Notes: a model not told the origin generated them from the sequence alone. 64,000 bases of DNA from an uncultured Methanosarcinales archaeon (GCA_964510025.1 CAZDZV010000006.1:11143-75142); one strand, 5' to 3'; counted from the stretch's first letter, positions 17,070-27,667 are shown. Translations and numbers: made by a program.

Positions 17070-17882
17070 ATGGGCAGAATTCAGGAGAGATTAGAGCTAG
17101 CCTTGTCAGAATTCGCAGCTCAGGAAAAAAAGGAAAAAGAGAGTATACTATTTCTACCTTTGAGTGAAATAAAGCTTAATCCCAACAGGATAAGAAGAAA
17201 GATCAACAGAGAGGAGATTGCAGATATGGCTAACAACCTGAAGAAGTTTGGCATACTTCAGCCTCTTGAAATCAACGGAAAAAAAGAAGTGGTCCTGGGC
17301 AACAGGAGATTTGAGGCTGCAAAACTAGCTTCTTTGGAGAAGGTTCCTTGTGTAATACGCAACAGCTCAGACATCTTGGAGATGGAAAAACAGCTTGTTT
17401 CCGACCTTCACACAAAGCATCTAAGTGTGCTTGAGAGGGCAATAGCTTTTAGCACCCTTATGGAACTGAAGTCAATGACCAAATACGCGCTTGCAAAATA
17501 TCTAAATCTAAGCCACAACCTTGTATGCAGGACCTTGGCGCTGCTGAAAGCAAATGAGAATACCATGAGATTGATCAGGCTAGGCAGAATCAGCCAGAGA
17601 AAGGTAGCTATGGTTTTGTATAGGCTGAAAGACAAAAAAATGGAAGATTTCGTGATTCAGGAGATAATAGGCAGAAAGATGAATATAGTTCAGGCAGGAA
17701 ATTTCATAGCAGAGATAAATGATCCTGAGATATTCAAGAAGCATTTCTTGACAAGAATAAAGGCTTTCAAAACAACAGTGATGCACTTTAGGGAAAAGCT
17801 CGAAAAACTCAATCTTACCGAAGAGCAAAGAAAAGAGATTCTGGAAGAGCTAAGGTCCATTGATTTCAGTGAAATATTATGA
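17070..17882 (+). CDS. ParB/Srx-like nuclease-domain protein with HTH
   Basis: LPLSEIKLNPNRIRR...GILQPLEI....VVLGNRRFEAAKLASLEKVPCVIR matches the ParB N-terminal consensus, followed by an HTH-like region. Confidence 0.7.
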   Translation: MGRIQERLELALSEFAAQEKKEKESILFLPLSEIKLNPNRIRRKINREEIADMANNLKKFGILQPLEINGKKEVVLGNRRFEAAKLASLEKVPCVIRNSSDILEMEKQLVSDLHTKHLSVLERAIAFSTLMELKSMTKYALAKYLNLSHNLVCRTLALLKANENTMRLIRLGRISQRKVAMVLYRLKDKKMEDFVIQEIIGRKMNIVQAGNFIAEINDPEIFKKHFLTRIKAFKTTVMHFREKLEKLNLTEEQRKEILEELRSIDFSEIL

Positions 17883-18718
17883 AGGTTGATTTCGATTTCC
17901 ATACCCATACTGACGTATCTGATGGTAGCTTAAGCCCTTCTGCCCTGGTCAGAAAAGCCAAGCGTGAAGGATTGAGGCTTATTGCGATAACAGACCACGA
18001 CAATATTGACGGTATACCTGAAGCAGTTGAGACTGGCAGGAAGATAGGTATTGATGTCATTCCGGGTGTGGAGATTAGCATTGACTTCAAGGCTACGATG
18101 CATATGTGCGGCTACTTCATCGACATAACTGATACCCAGCTCAGAAAAGCCCTGAAGTTTGTGCAGGATGCTCGCAGAGACAGAAATCCTCAGATTATCG
18201 ATAAGCTGAACAAGCTGGGCATGGATGTGAGGATTGAAGATGTTAAGAAACATGCAGGCAGGGATCAGATTGGAAGGCCCCATTTCGCAAAAGCGCTTAT
18301 CGAGAAAGGCTATGTTACGACAAAAGAAGAGGCCTTTGAAAAATATCTGGCAAAAGGCAGGCCGGCGTATGTAGACAAGAAGCGGCTTGACAGGGAGAAA
18401 GCAGTGAAGACCATCCTGGATGCAGGAGGCACTGCTGTCCTTGCGCATCCCAAGCAGCTTCGCCTGGACACTGCCAAAGAATACAGGAAGCTTTTTATGG
18501 AGATGAAGGAATTGGGCGTCTCTGGCATCGAAGCATACTCAAGCTGCCATACAGAAGATGAAAATAAGATGTTCAGGGAGATCGCTGATGAGCTGGGGAT
18601 GCTTGTCACCGGAGGCAGCGACTTCCATGGTGACACAAAACAAGATGTTGAACTAGGGGAATTCGGAGAGAACATTGATATTGACGTGGATAAGTTGGTT
18701 GAAAAGATGAAAGCATGA
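17879..18718 (+). CDS. PHP-family metal-dependent phosphoesterase (COG0613/TrpH-like)
   Basis: DFHTHTDVSDGS, AITDHD, GVEIS, LAHP motifs. ATGA overlap with the parB-like gene. Confidence 0.75.
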   Translation: MKVDFDFHTHTDVSDGSLSPSALVRKAKREGLRLIAITDHDNIDGIPEAVETGRKIGIDVIPGVEISIDFKATMHMCGYFIDITDTQLRKALKFVQDARRDRNPQIIDKLNKLGMDVRIEDVKKHAGRDQIGRPHFAKALIEKGYVTTKEEAFEKYLAKGRPAYVDKKRLDREKAVKTILDAGGTAVLAHPKQLRLDTAKEYRKLFMEMKELGVSGIEAYSSCHTEDENKMFREIADELGMLVTGGSDFHGDTKQDVELGEFGENIDIDVDKLVEKMKA

Positions 18719-20118
18719 GAGAAAAGCACATTTTCTGGCTTCTGCTTGTTTTTATTGTATATATGCATTTTGAAGACCTGGTGAAGCTCTATTTCAATTA
18801 TCATCCGATAGCGCATGGGTTCAAGTATGTTTTTGCCCTGGTATTCTTCCTTATATGGATTTTTCAGATTGGGGTAGTTAATACAAGATTTACGATACCT
18901 CTGGCTGTTTATCTGTTCTTTGTATTTGTCCAGTTCATAAATCCCCTCATGTTTGGAAAACAGGGCTTTATGTTGTCGGTTATTGGGTCGCTTTACTATA
19001 TAGCATTTGTGCCCTTGTTTTTTGTTGCCCATCGGGTATTTGATATAGAAAGGCTGAAAAAGACACTATGGATTGTCTTAGGCTTGGCTTGCTTTTCAGC
19101 TCTGGCAGCGCATATACAGTTCTTCCTTGGCTGGCAGAGATACCTCCAGCTGATGCCTTACAGCCATGAGATGTTCCTGAGGACCAAAAACTTTGTTTTC
19201 CATGGGCCTTTGGCTTTCAGCGTAAAGCCCCCAAGATACTGGTATGTTGCAGGCATAATGATCAGCAGCATTTTTGTTCTTTCTGAAAAGAAAAAGCTCA
19301 TAGCTGGCTTTCTGGGCCTTAACTGCTTGCTTGCTTTGGCCCTTTCAGGAATGAGGTTTGCCATGGCAGCTTCTTTTTTTTCCCTGATGATAGTCTTTTT
19401 CTTTGGACTAAGAAAGCAGAAAATATCTAATGCGATGAGGATAGCTGCAGTTTTGATACTGCTATTGACTATGTTTTTCCCTTTCTCGATGCTTCCCAAG
19501 CAAAGGTACATTCAGTTCATCACAAATCCTGTTGGTACATATATCCAGCAAAGAGGGAGGATGTGGCCACAGTTTTTCAGGGATATCGTCAAATATCCGT
19601 TAGGCACAGGATTGAGGGCCGGAGGGCATATTGACACCGAAAGGTTTAAGGTACCTGATGTATCGATGCGTGCCGGAGAAAACTACATAGCAGTCATCGC
19701 TTCCCAGATTGGCATATTTGGGCTGATTGCAGTGCTTTGGCTATATGTTGCGATAGCCCGAAAATTCTATGAAAACTTGTCCCTGAGGAGATTCAGATAT
19801 TTTGTCAGTCTGGGCATATTTGCCCTGCTATTTTCCTTTATGTTTGAGGTGGGTTTTTTCCCGGGAGAAGGCCCGAGCTACTGGATGTTCTGGCTGTTTT
19901 CAGGTGTCTTGTTCAAAATAGATAAGATGGAGGTACAAAAGATGCGAAAAACATATTCTTTGGCTAGCGAAAGTTTTTTTCTCAGGGGAATTCCTGATGT
20001 AAGGGTATGGCTCTTACAAAGCAAATTTGTCAAGCTGGGCCATAGGATATTCTGTTGTTTCAGGAATTCAAGGTTTTTTAGGTTTATTGAGAATATAGTC
20101 AAGTATGCGGAAATTTAA
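18715..20118 (+). CDS. Polytopic membrane protein, O-antigen ligase/Wzy-like (first gene of the glycan locus)
   Basis: About 10-12 predicted TM helices. ENYIAVIASQIGIFGLIAVLWLY resembles the Wzy_C core. Confidence 0.55.
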   Translation: MREKHIFWLLLVFIVYMHFEDLVKLYFNYHPIAHGFKYVFALVFFLIWIFQIGVVNTRFTIPLAVYLFFVFVQFINPLMFGKQGFMLSVIGSLYYIAFVPLFFVAHRVFDIERLKKTLWIVLGLACFSALAAHIQFFLGWQRYLQLMPYSHEMFLRTKNFVFHGPLAFSVKPPRYWYVAGIMISSIFVLSEKKKLIAGFLGLNCLLALALSGMRFAMAASFFSLMIVFFFGLRKQKISNAMRIAAVLILLLTMFFPFSMLPKQRYIQFITNPVGTYIQQRGRMWPQFFRDIVKYPLGTGLRAGGHIDTERFKVPDVSMRAGENYIAVIASQIGIFGLIAVLWLYVAIARKFYENLSLRRFRYFVSLGIFALLFSFMFEVGFFPGEGPSYWMFWLFSGVLFKIDKMEVQKMRKTYSLASESFFLRGIPDVRVWLLQSKFVKLGHRIFCCFRNSRFFRFIENIVKYAEI

Positions 20119-20893
20119 GGTCCTGGTTGCCATACTATCGCTGATTGTCGTCGTGGAACTAGTTTTGAGGTTATTCGGTTTTGGGAACCCTGTGCTCTAC
20201 GTTGAGGACCCGGATATAGGGTATCTGCCGAAAGCCAATCAAAGCATATACAGGTTTGGCAACAAAATATACTACAATGAATATCATCAAAGGTCTGATG
20301 ACCTGATGGCAGATCCAGACTATAGGGTATTTATGTTGGGTGATTCTGTCCTGAATGGTGGGACCTTAATAGACCAGAAAGATACAATCAGTGAGATATT
20401 AGAGAGGCAGTTAAATTCATTCTGTAATTGTAAAGGCGAGGTCCTAAGCGCATCTGCCAAAGGATGGGCAATAGAAAATGAGTATGAATACCTTAGAAAA
20501 TTCGGCACTTTTAATTCAAGTCTGATTATATGGGTGATAAATGAAGGTGATTTGTACCAAAAAAAGAATTTGGGCCGAGACTATCCGTCAAAACCTTACT
20601 TATTTGCTTTGTCTAAGGTATTTTTCCACTATCTGCGCCCGAGAAAATCCGCTTCTGGATCCCAGAATCCGCCGTTGTCCTTTCTTTCACTTTTGAAGAC
20701 TGACTCTCAAGTCGTTATAGTGCAAATACCTAAAAGAAGATCTACTTCAGGAAAGCTGGATATTCAATTAGAAAGAATTGATATCAGGCTTAGTGACAAT
20801 GCGTACAGGGATGATATCCACCTTAACAGGCAAGGCAATTATATTGCCAGTGAAATTATATTTTCCACTATTAAGGACAAAATATTAGACTGA
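20105..20893 (+). CDS. Membrane-anchored SGNH/GDSL hydrolase (putative glycan O-acetyl esterase/transferase)
   Basis: N-terminal TM. FMLGDSV (GDS block I), GxND region, DDIHLNRQG (DxxH block V). Confidence 0.6.
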   Translation: MRKFKVLVAILSLIVVVELVLRLFGFGNPVLYVEDPDIGYLPKANQSIYRFGNKIYYNEYHQRSDDLMADPDYRVFMLGDSVLNGGTLIDQKDTISEILERQLNSFCNCKGEVLSASAKGWAIENEYEYLRKFGTFNSSLIIWVINEGDLYQKKNLGRDYPSKPYLFALSKVFFHYLRPRKSASGSQNPPLSFLSLLKTDSQVVIVQIPKRRSTSGKLDIQLERIDIRLSDNAYRDDIHLNRQGNYIASEIIFSTIKDKILD

Positions 20894-20937
20894 AAATCAG
20901 CCGATTATTGAAAAGTCTCTGCTAAAATAATCATAAG

Positions 20938-21762
20938 ATGGAAGGATATTTGATAATAGCAGCTTACCAACAAAAGTTCCTTGAGATGGCCTCGAATCTA
21001 GCACTATCGATAAGGTTGAAGGATGACAGGCCAATAGCAATCGCAGTTAAGGACATTAAGGTTGATCCAGGCTCTAAAAGAATATTTGATCACATAATTG
21101 AGATACCGCATGAAAAGTCCAGAAAGGCGCATCTTAATAAGTTTATTATGAATGAACTTACCCCTTTCAGCAAAACGATGTACATTGATGCAGATTGCCT
21201 AATGGTCAAGGATGATATTTCTATTATTTGGAAAAAGCTAAAGAAATACAATTTCACAGTACAGGGGACCAAGGTGGAATATGGAAACCATAGAGGGATT
21301 GACGTTTTAAATGTCAAAGACAAACTTGGCATTCCTTATTTTGTAAAGTCAAATAGCGGATTAATTTATTTTGATAAAACTAAAAAAACAAAGAAAGTTT
21401 TTGAGAAATTGAATTGGTATTTGTTGAAAGATGAAAAGATACTGCGTGTTCCATTTCGCGGTCAAATCAAAGATGAGACTTATATCGGTGCTGTAATGGG
21501 GCACCTTGAGCTTGAACCATTTCCAGTTGTATTTAGACATTATTTTCAGCTCAAGCAATGGATGCAGTGTGTATCAGCTAGGTATTGTGCAGAGATCGAT
21601 GTTTTGAAAGGAAAATCCAAGATAACCTTCCGAGATGGCCATACTGATAGCCCAACGGTCGCGCACTTTGTCGGCTTTGTAGGCAAAAGGCAGCTTTATT
21701 TAAGGGAATCGAATAGGCTAAGAAAAGAATTTGGATTTTCTAAAAATAAGATTTTATGCTGA
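20938..21762 (+). CDS. GT-A fold nucleotide-diphospho-sugar transferase-like protein (DxD)
   Basis: YIDADCLMV DxD motif; resembles the 26088 and 26912 proteins. Confidence 0.45.
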   Translation: MEGYLIIAAYQQKFLEMASNLALSIRLKDDRPIAIAVKDIKVDPGSKRIFDHIIEIPHEKSRKAHLNKFIMNELTPFSKTMYIDADCLMVKDDISIIWKKLKKYNFTVQGTKVEYGNHRGIDVLNVKDKLGIPYFVKSNSGLIYFDKTKKTKKVFEKLNWYLLKDEKILRVPFRGQIKDETYIGAVMGHLELEPFPVVFRHYFQLKQWMQCVSARYCAEIDVLKGKSKITFRDGHTDSPTVAHFVGFVGKRQLYLRESNRLRKEFGFSKNKILC

Positions 21763-22667
21763 ATAGACCAAGTTGTACATTATCATTCTTCGTGGCAAGA
21801 ACAGATGTCTCATTTATGATGCATACCATACCCCATCTGGTGCGGATGGCTAATTATCCATTTAGTAAAAAAATTATTTTTGTAGATTCAAAGGATCTGA
21901 AAAGCGACAAGAAAAACCGGGCTAATATAGGGACACTAGAAGAAGTCAGAGATAAATGCAAGGAGCTGCAAGATCAGAATATAATTGATGAGATTATTGA
22001 CTTTGATTATACACATCCTATCGTAGCAGAGACATACAGAAAATATTTTGAAAAAAATTTGAGACATACCCATAATTGGAAAGGTTACCCGGTATATGGA
22101 AATCTTTTTGCAATTGAAAACTGCGATTCAGATTATTTATTGCATTTTGATAGCGACATACTAATGTATCAAGACAACAATTTTAGCTGGGTTGATGCGA
22201 GTATGAAGATAATGGGGGGTAATTGTAACATAGTTACGACCAGGCCCCTCGCAGGCCCATCTGAAAAATCTTCGCCAGGATATCACTTAAGCCAGACATT
22301 TGGAAGTCGATGCTATTTGATACATACTAAAAGACTTAAACAGATATTACCCCTGCCCCTTTTGGTAAGCTTCAGACGCACAAGAATACTGGATTCCTTT
22401 CCCCAGCGAATCAAAAAAAAGTTATATTTGAGTTTCGAAAAGGGCGAGCTGGATTCATGGGAATTGATGGTTGGAGCAGCGCTGAGGAAAAACAGGAAAT
22501 TTCGGGCAATACTATCTTCAGATAAGGCGTGGACTTTGCACCCAAAGGATCATGGTGAGCAATTTATTAGGTTGCTTCCCGAAATTATCCAGAGGATTGA
22601 GCATAAAGATTTTCCTTTGGAACAGGAAAAGAAATACGATCTTGATTTGAATTTATGGACTCGATAA
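21756..22667 (+). CDS. Hypothetical protein, possible GT-A-like (HFDSDILMY)
   Basis: ORF in the coupled array (7-nt overlap). Confidence 0.35.
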   Translation: MLNRPSCTLSFFVARTDVSFMMHTIPHLVRMANYPFSKKIIFVDSKDLKSDKKNRANIGTLEEVRDKCKELQDQNIIDEIIDFDYTHPIVAETYRKYFEKNLRHTHNWKGYPVYGNLFAIENCDSDYLLHFDSDILMYQDNNFSWVDASMKIMGGNCNIVTTRPLAGPSEKSSPGYHLSQTFGSRCYLIHTKRLKQILPLPLLVSFRRTRILDSFPQRIKKKLYLSFEKGELDSWELMVGAALRKNRKFRAILSSDKAWTLHPKDHGEQFIRLLPEIIQRIEHKDFPLEQEKKYDLDLNLWTR

Positions 22668-23683
22668 GAAAGAAACCAAAAATATTTTTCTATTTGCCTG
22701 AGGAATATCTTCCGCAAGGCCAGATACCAGAGGATTATACAGAATTCTGGGACTACTGTGTAAAGAACTGGAATGGGTACTATGCGGGAATTCTAGTCTG
22801 GACCCTTAAGACGTACCTATTGCTTAAAGATTATGTTTCATGCAAATTAGTTACAAACATTCCTGAAAAAGGGATAATCATTGCTCATAGAAAATCCTTA
22901 CCTGCAAAACCGAAGCCGAAGCAGCTCTTTGTTTGCATCAAGGCAGATAAGTCAGTACACCCATATTCGCAGATCCATCTGGTGCAAAATTCTTGTGACT
23001 GTCTCTTCAAAAGGTCACCCGGACTGTGGCAGACATACTATGTCCCCCGTTGGCCCCAGGATAAATTGAAGCCAAGGTCAAAATCGAGAGGCACAAGACT
23101 AGAGAATGTTGGTTATTATGGGGTAAGACGGGAGCTGGCCAAAGAGTTACAGTCTAAAAAATTTGAGAGACTTATGCAATCGAACGGTTTTAAGTGGCAT
23201 ATTTTTTCCAATCCGAAGAAGTGGGTTGATTACAGCAAAACAGATGCTATTGTAGCGGTTAGGAGTTTTAAAAAACAGGGATTCAATAATAAGCTAGCGT
23301 CTAAACTATATAATGCGTGGCGAGCAGGTGTACCTGTATTATTGGGGCCAGAGACAGCTTATCAAAATGAGAAAAAAAGCCGGTTTGATTATATGGAAGT
23401 AAATTCAGCAAATGAAATAATCTCAGCACTTAAAAGCTTAAGAAAGAATCATAGGTTATACAAGCAAATGGTGAATAATGGAATTATCCGATCCAAAGAG
23501 GTCAGTCAGAATAAGATTATCGGTCTTTGGAAATCTTTTTTGGTGAATGTTGCAGTTCCTGCATATCGAAGGCACTGTAAAAATCGTATTTCCACTAACA
23601 TGTTCCTGCTGCAGAGATATTTTTATAACGTATATTATCAACTTCATTTTAAATTTAGGTCGAAAATTTTGTATGGCATATAA
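22655..23683 (+). CDS. Hypothetical protein, possible glycosyltransferase-like Rossmann C-terminal half
   Basis: ORF in the coupled array (13-nt overlap upstream, 11-nt downstream). Confidence 0.35.
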   Translation: MDSIRKKPKIFFYLPEEYLPQGQIPEDYTEFWDYCVKNWNGYYAGILVWTLKTYLLLKDYVSCKLVTNIPEKGIIIAHRKSLPAKPKPKQLFVCIKADKSVHPYSQIHLVQNSCDCLFKRSPGLWQTYYVPRWPQDKLKPRSKSRGTRLENVGYYGVRRELAKELQSKKFERLMQSNGFKWHIFSNPKKWVDYSKTDAIVAVRSFKKQGFNNKLASKLYNAWRAGVPVLLGPETAYQNEKKSRFDYMEVNSANEIISALKSLRKNHRLYKQMVNNGIIRSKEVSQNKIIGLWKSFLVNVAVPAYRRHCKNRISTNMFLLQRYFYNVYYQLHFKFRSKILYGI

Positions 23684-24194
23684 TAAAATATTTGGGATAG
23701 GTCTTTCAAAAACTGGGACTACATCTTTAGCTAGGGCCTTGGAGATTTTGGGATTTAGGACTGTTCACTCCCCTAGGAAGTCCTATTTATATGAGAAAAG
23801 AAGAGGCCTTCCATATTTCTCTACATTAGAAGAATATAGGGGTTTTACAGATTTTCCTTGTTGGGCAATATACAAAGAAGTGGATATTTTGTATCCGGGC
23901 AGCAAATTTATCCTAACTGTTCGAAATCCTCATGATTGGTACGTCAGCAGAAAGAAGCATTATAAAGCAAGACTGAAACAGGATATCAAACTTGATTGGG
24001 ATATGAGCAAAAAGTCAATGGATAAACTTCTGAAACATAACCAAGAAGTGATGGGGTATTTTAAGAGAAGAAAAAAAGATTTACTAGTGCTTGATATTGC
24101 AAAGGGAGAAGGTTGGGACAAGCTGTGCCGGTTCCTGCAGGTCCAAGAACCTTCCTTAACATTCCCCCACCTTAACAAGTCAGAATGTCTGTGA
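23673..24194 (+). CDS. Sulfotransferase 1 (PAPS-dependent type)
   Basis: 5'-PSB GLSKTGTTSL and 3'-PB TVRNPHDWYVS. Start placed at MAYNK (ATG 23673); the ORF-track start at 23547 is probably upstream read-through. Confidence 0.65.
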   Translation: MAYNKIFGIGLSKTGTTSLARALEILGFRTVHSPRKSYLYEKRRGLPYFSTLEEYRGFTDFPCWAIYKEVDILYPGSKFILTVRNPHDWYVSRKKHYKARLKQDIKLDWDMSKKSMDKLLKHNQEVMGYFKRRKKDLLVLDIAKGEGWDKLCRFLQVQEPSLTFPHLNKSECL

Positions 24195-25051
24195 AACCTA
24201 TTGTTTCCGTGATTATACCTGTCTATAATGATTTCAGGATAGTAAAATGTCTAAAAGCTCTGAAGAATCAGACATATCCAAGAGAAAGATATGAGATCAT
24301 AGTAGTTGACAACAACTCTGACAAACACTTCCTGACAAATCTTAGGAAATATAAAATAAGATTATTGTCTGCAAAAGAAGGGACTTATGCAGCCAGAAAT
24401 AAGGGGATTAAGGCAGCCAAAGGGGATATATTAGCATTTACTGATGCTGACTGCATACCTGCAAAAGAGTGGATAGAAAAAGGGGTAGATGCTATTCGCA
24501 ATCAGGCAGCTGGATTAGTAGCAGGAAAAATTGAGTTGTTTCCAAAAGGAAACAGGCCGACCATTGCAGAGATGTTTGAAATCATTACTGGATTTAGGCA
24601 AGAACTTTATGTTAAAAAATGGCATTTTGGAGCTACAGCAAATGTCTTTACAAAGAAGCAAGTGATTAATAAGGTTGGGCCTTTTAATGATTACCTAATA
24701 TCTGGTGGTGACTTAGAATTCGGAAAAAGGATTTTTGAAGCAGGCTATATGCAAATCTATGCACCTGAAGTTATTGTCTGGCATCCGGCAAGAGGCTCTG
24801 TCTTGAAGATATTGGGAAAGCATCGCAGGGTAGTGAGGGGCATAAACTGCATACAAAAGACTAAATCCATAAAGAAATTATTGGTGGATATTAAGGATGA
24901 CTGGCCGCAGCTGGCAGATTTTAGAGAAATTTTAGGGGATCGACGCCTAAAAAAATTTAGGTTAAAGGCATCTATATTTTTTATTTTACTCCTTGTTCGT
25001 TTTGCACGAACATCACAAAGAATATTTTTTATAGACCGCAAAAATAGCTAA
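24185..25051 (+). CDS. Glycosyltransferase family 2
   Basis: VSVIIPVYNDF...NQTYP...YEIIVVDNNSDK, DAD motif. Confidence 0.8.
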   Translation: MSVKPIVSVIIPVYNDFRIVKCLKALKNQTYPRERYEIIVVDNNSDKHFLTNLRKYKIRLLSAKEGTYAARNKGIKAAKGDILAFTDADCIPAKEWIEKGVDAIRNQAAGLVAGKIELFPKGNRPTIAEMFEIITGFRQELYVKKWHFGATANVFTKKQVINKVGPFNDYLISGGDLEFGKRIFEAGYMQIYAPEVIVWHPARGSVLKILGKHRRVVRGINCIQKTKSIKKLLVDIKDDWPQLADFREILGDRRLKKFRLKASIFFILLLVRFARTSQRIFFIDRKNS

Positions 25052-26091
25052 TGAGAAGGAAAGCAGCGCTTTTATTCCCAACATTCCATGGTGGAGGTGC
25101 GGAAGCAGTATGTGCCTGGATATTAGATGCTTTGAAAGGCAGATATGATATAGATTTATTCACCTGTCAAAAAATTACGGCAGAAGAACTTAACAGGTTT
25201 TATGGAACCAAATTATCCAGAAACTCGTTTAGGCTTATTTATAGCAAGCTATTCAATGCGCTTATCCGGATTAACAAAATTTTGCCTTTTGATCCTAATC
25301 TTAGAAGCAGACTGCTAAAAATTACCTTTGAAAAATTTAAGCAAGATTATGATCTTGTTATAAATGGGAAGGATGAAATAGACATCAGTGAAAAAAGTAT
25401 TCATTATATCCATTTTGCAGGCAATCTCATTAAGGGCAAACCATTGCATAAGCATCGTTACATAGCGAATTCCAGAAGTACGGCTAAGCGTGCTGGCTTT
25501 AGGGATATAGGGGTAGTCTATCCGCCCGTGTGTAAAAGGTTTAAAAAAGTTCCCTGGAAATCAAAAGAAGAAGGCTTCATAATAATAGGCAGGATTACAG
25601 AAGAAAAGGGTACACATAAGGCAATTCAAATACTGCAGAAAGTGAGGGCCAAAGGATATGAGGTTAACCTCCATATCGTAGGGACAGTTTATAATTGGCG
25701 CTATTTTGGTTTGGTGAAAAAGATGGCCAGGAAAAGGGATTGGGTGATCCTACATAAGTCAATTTCTAACTATCGGCTTAAAAAGTTGTTGGAAAAGAAT
25801 AAATATGGCATACATTGTAAAGGCGGTGAGCCCTTCGGTATCGATCCTGCGGAAGTGCTTTATTCAGGCGGCATACCGTTTGTACGTAATAAAGGGGGGC
25901 AGACTGAGATTGTCGGAGACAAAAGGCTGATATTCGGGTCCGAGGATGAGGCTGTAGAGAAGATATGCAAGGTGCTTAGCTCAAAAAAAATTCAGGCTCA
26001 TTTATTAAAAAAACTAAATAAAAGAAAAAAAATATTGGGATGCGACAGGTTTAGAGAGAATTTTTTGAAGGCTATCCACAAAATGCAATGA
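25051..26091 (+). CDS. Glycosyltransferase family 4 (GT-B)
   Basis: C-terminal GEPFGIDPAEVLYSGGIPFV motif. Confidence 0.7.
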   Translation: MRRKAALLFPTFHGGGAEAVCAWILDALKGRYDIDLFTCQKITAEELNRFYGTKLSRNSFRLIYSKLFNALIRINKILPFDPNLRSRLLKITFEKFKQDYDLVINGKDEIDISEKSIHYIHFAGNLIKGKPLHKHRYIANSRSTAKRAGFRDIGVVYPPVCKRFKKVPWKSKEEGFIIIGRITEEKGTHKAIQILQKVRAKGYEVNLHIVGTVYNWRYFGLVKKMARKRDWVILHKSISNYRLKKLLEKNKYGIHCKGGEPFGIDPAEVLYSGGIPFVRNKGGQTEIVGDKRLIFGSEDEAVEKICKVLSSKKIQAHLLKKLNKRKKILGCDRFRENFLKAIHKMQ

Positions 26092-26915
26092 AGAGAGGCA
26101 TCTATCTCTTAGCAAATGACCAGGTCTTAGATAATACGCTCGCATTAATCAATAGCATACGTTTTTTTGATCCATATGCATCAATTATCATGATACCTTA
26201 CGATTGTCATGATGTCCGCATAACAACTATTCTGAGAGAGAAATATGGCATTCCGAAGTACCGGAATGATTCGCTGCTCAATAGAATTGACCTGAAAATT
26301 AAGGAGTTTTTTGGAAAGAAATTTTTTACCAGACCTAATCAGTTTAGGAAGCAAGCCTGTTGGTTTGGACCTTTTGATGAATTTCTTTATCTAGACACCG
26401 ACATTGTGGTTTTTGAAAGAATAATTAACAATCTAGAACATCTTAAAAACAAGGATTTTGTTTTTTGTGACTATCAGCACAAGAACGGAATAAAATATTT
26501 GTTTAATCCGCCAATCAAGAATGCCTTAGAAAAAGAGGATCTGAAATTTGTTTTTAACGCTGGTTTTTGGGGATCAAGAAAAGAACTGATAACAGAGCGC
26601 AAGCTATATGGCGCACTTGAAGAATGCGCCAAAAATATGAATTTTTTTGATTTTTCAGCAAAAGTTACTGATATGCCAATTTTTAATTATTTAGTTTTAA
26701 GGAAAATAAAAAAAAGAATCAATTTGGTAAGGGATCTAGAAAGAAAAGGACCAGGAAATTGGGCAGGGATGGATCATTTTATCAGAAAAGGGAACCGGCT
26801 TTTTGATCCAAATGTAAAGCAGTACCTCAAATACCTGCATTGGGCTGGGATTAATATCCAAAAAGGTTGTCCTTACTATGATGTATGGAATTACTATCGG
26901 AGATTGAATAAGTGA
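26088..26915 (+). CDS. GT8-like/GT-A nucleotide-sugar transferase
   Basis: LYLDTDIVVFE DxD. Confidence 0.5.
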   Translation: MKRGIYLLANDQVLDNTLALINSIRFFDPYASIIMIPYDCHDVRITTILREKYGIPKYRNDSLLNRIDLKIKEFFGKKFFTRPNQFRKQACWFGPFDEFLYLDTDIVVFERIINNLEHLKNKDFVFCDYQHKNGIKYLFNPPIKNALEKEDLKFVFNAGFWGSRKELITERKLYGALEECAKNMNFFDFSAKVTDMPIFNYLVLRKIKKRINLVRDLERKGPGNWAGMDHFIRKGNRLFDPNVKQYLKYLHWAGINIQKGCPYYDVWNYYRRLNK

Positions 26916-27667
26916 ATATCTGTTTTTCAACGCTCGCATTGGGAAAAAAGTACCAAGAAATGGCCAAGACCCTTGCCGCTGATATCAAAAAATTCAATCC
27001 AAAAATGAAGATAATTATTTTATCAGACGATACTAAGGTCTTTGAAGATATGGACAATGTGATGGCGATACATCATTGCCAGCAGGGAGTGATGTTCCCT
27101 TACCATGATAAAAGATTTGTTGTAGCTGAAGCGTTGAGACGATTTGACGCTACATTATTTGTAGATGCTGACAGCAGGTTGAACTCGTATGTTGATATAT
27201 CGGGCATATCAAGAGAGGATATATACTGTAACCAGACTGAAAATCTGATAGCTCACATTAAGAAATACAACCCAGATCGTTTATACCATGTAAACAAGAT
27301 AGCCAAGAAAATGTCAATTAATCCCGATAAGGTAACTTATATGGGAGAATCTTTTTTTTTTATCGGAACAAAAAAGATTCAGGATTTTATCTATTATTGG
27401 GGCAAGATAGTAGGATATTTGGAAATTCACAGGATTGTTGCAGGAGCAGGCATTTCGATGGGACTCGCTGCACATAAGGCAGGTATCAAAATATGTGAAT
27501 CAGACAGGTTGCTTACCGCTTCAAGATCCTTTGAACATATCAATATTGCCAAAAAAAAGAGTAAGCAGTCTCTTTACGAATCATTTAAGAACAGGTTCCT
27601 TTACCACTATAGGCTTAATAAAGCTAGGATAAAAGCTATATCAGATTTTGATTTTTACTACAGATAA
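26912..27667 (+). CDS. GT-A-like nucleotide-diphospho-sugar transferase; contains a T10 homopolymer
   Basis: LFVDADSRL DxD. T10 at 27352-27361 encoding FFF. Confidence 0.5.
   Translation: MNICFSTLALGKKYQEMAKTLAADIKKFNPKMKIIILSDDTKVFEDMDNVMAIHHCQQGVMFPYHDKRFVVAEALRRFDATLFVDADSRLNSYVDISGISREDIYCNQTENLIAHIKKYNPDRLYHVNKIAKKMSINPDKVTYMGESFFFIGTKKIQDFIYYWGKIVGYLEIHRIVAGAGISMGLAAHKAGIKICESDRLLTASRSFEHINIAKKKSKQSLYESFKNRFLYHYRLNKARIKAISDFDFYYR

Noticed and set aside
17408-18448. Antisense ORFs (17408..17635, 17580..17828, 17690..17908, 17866..18090, 17930..18448) overlapping the parB-like and PHP genes
   Set aside because: They are nested in genes with strong motif support; no features of their own.
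23547-23672. The N-terminal 42-codon extension of the sulfotransferase 1 ORF
   Set aside because: It overlaps the preceding gene by >130 nt. The conserved sulfotransferase fold begins at the internal MAYNK start, which gives an 11-nt coupled overlap instead.
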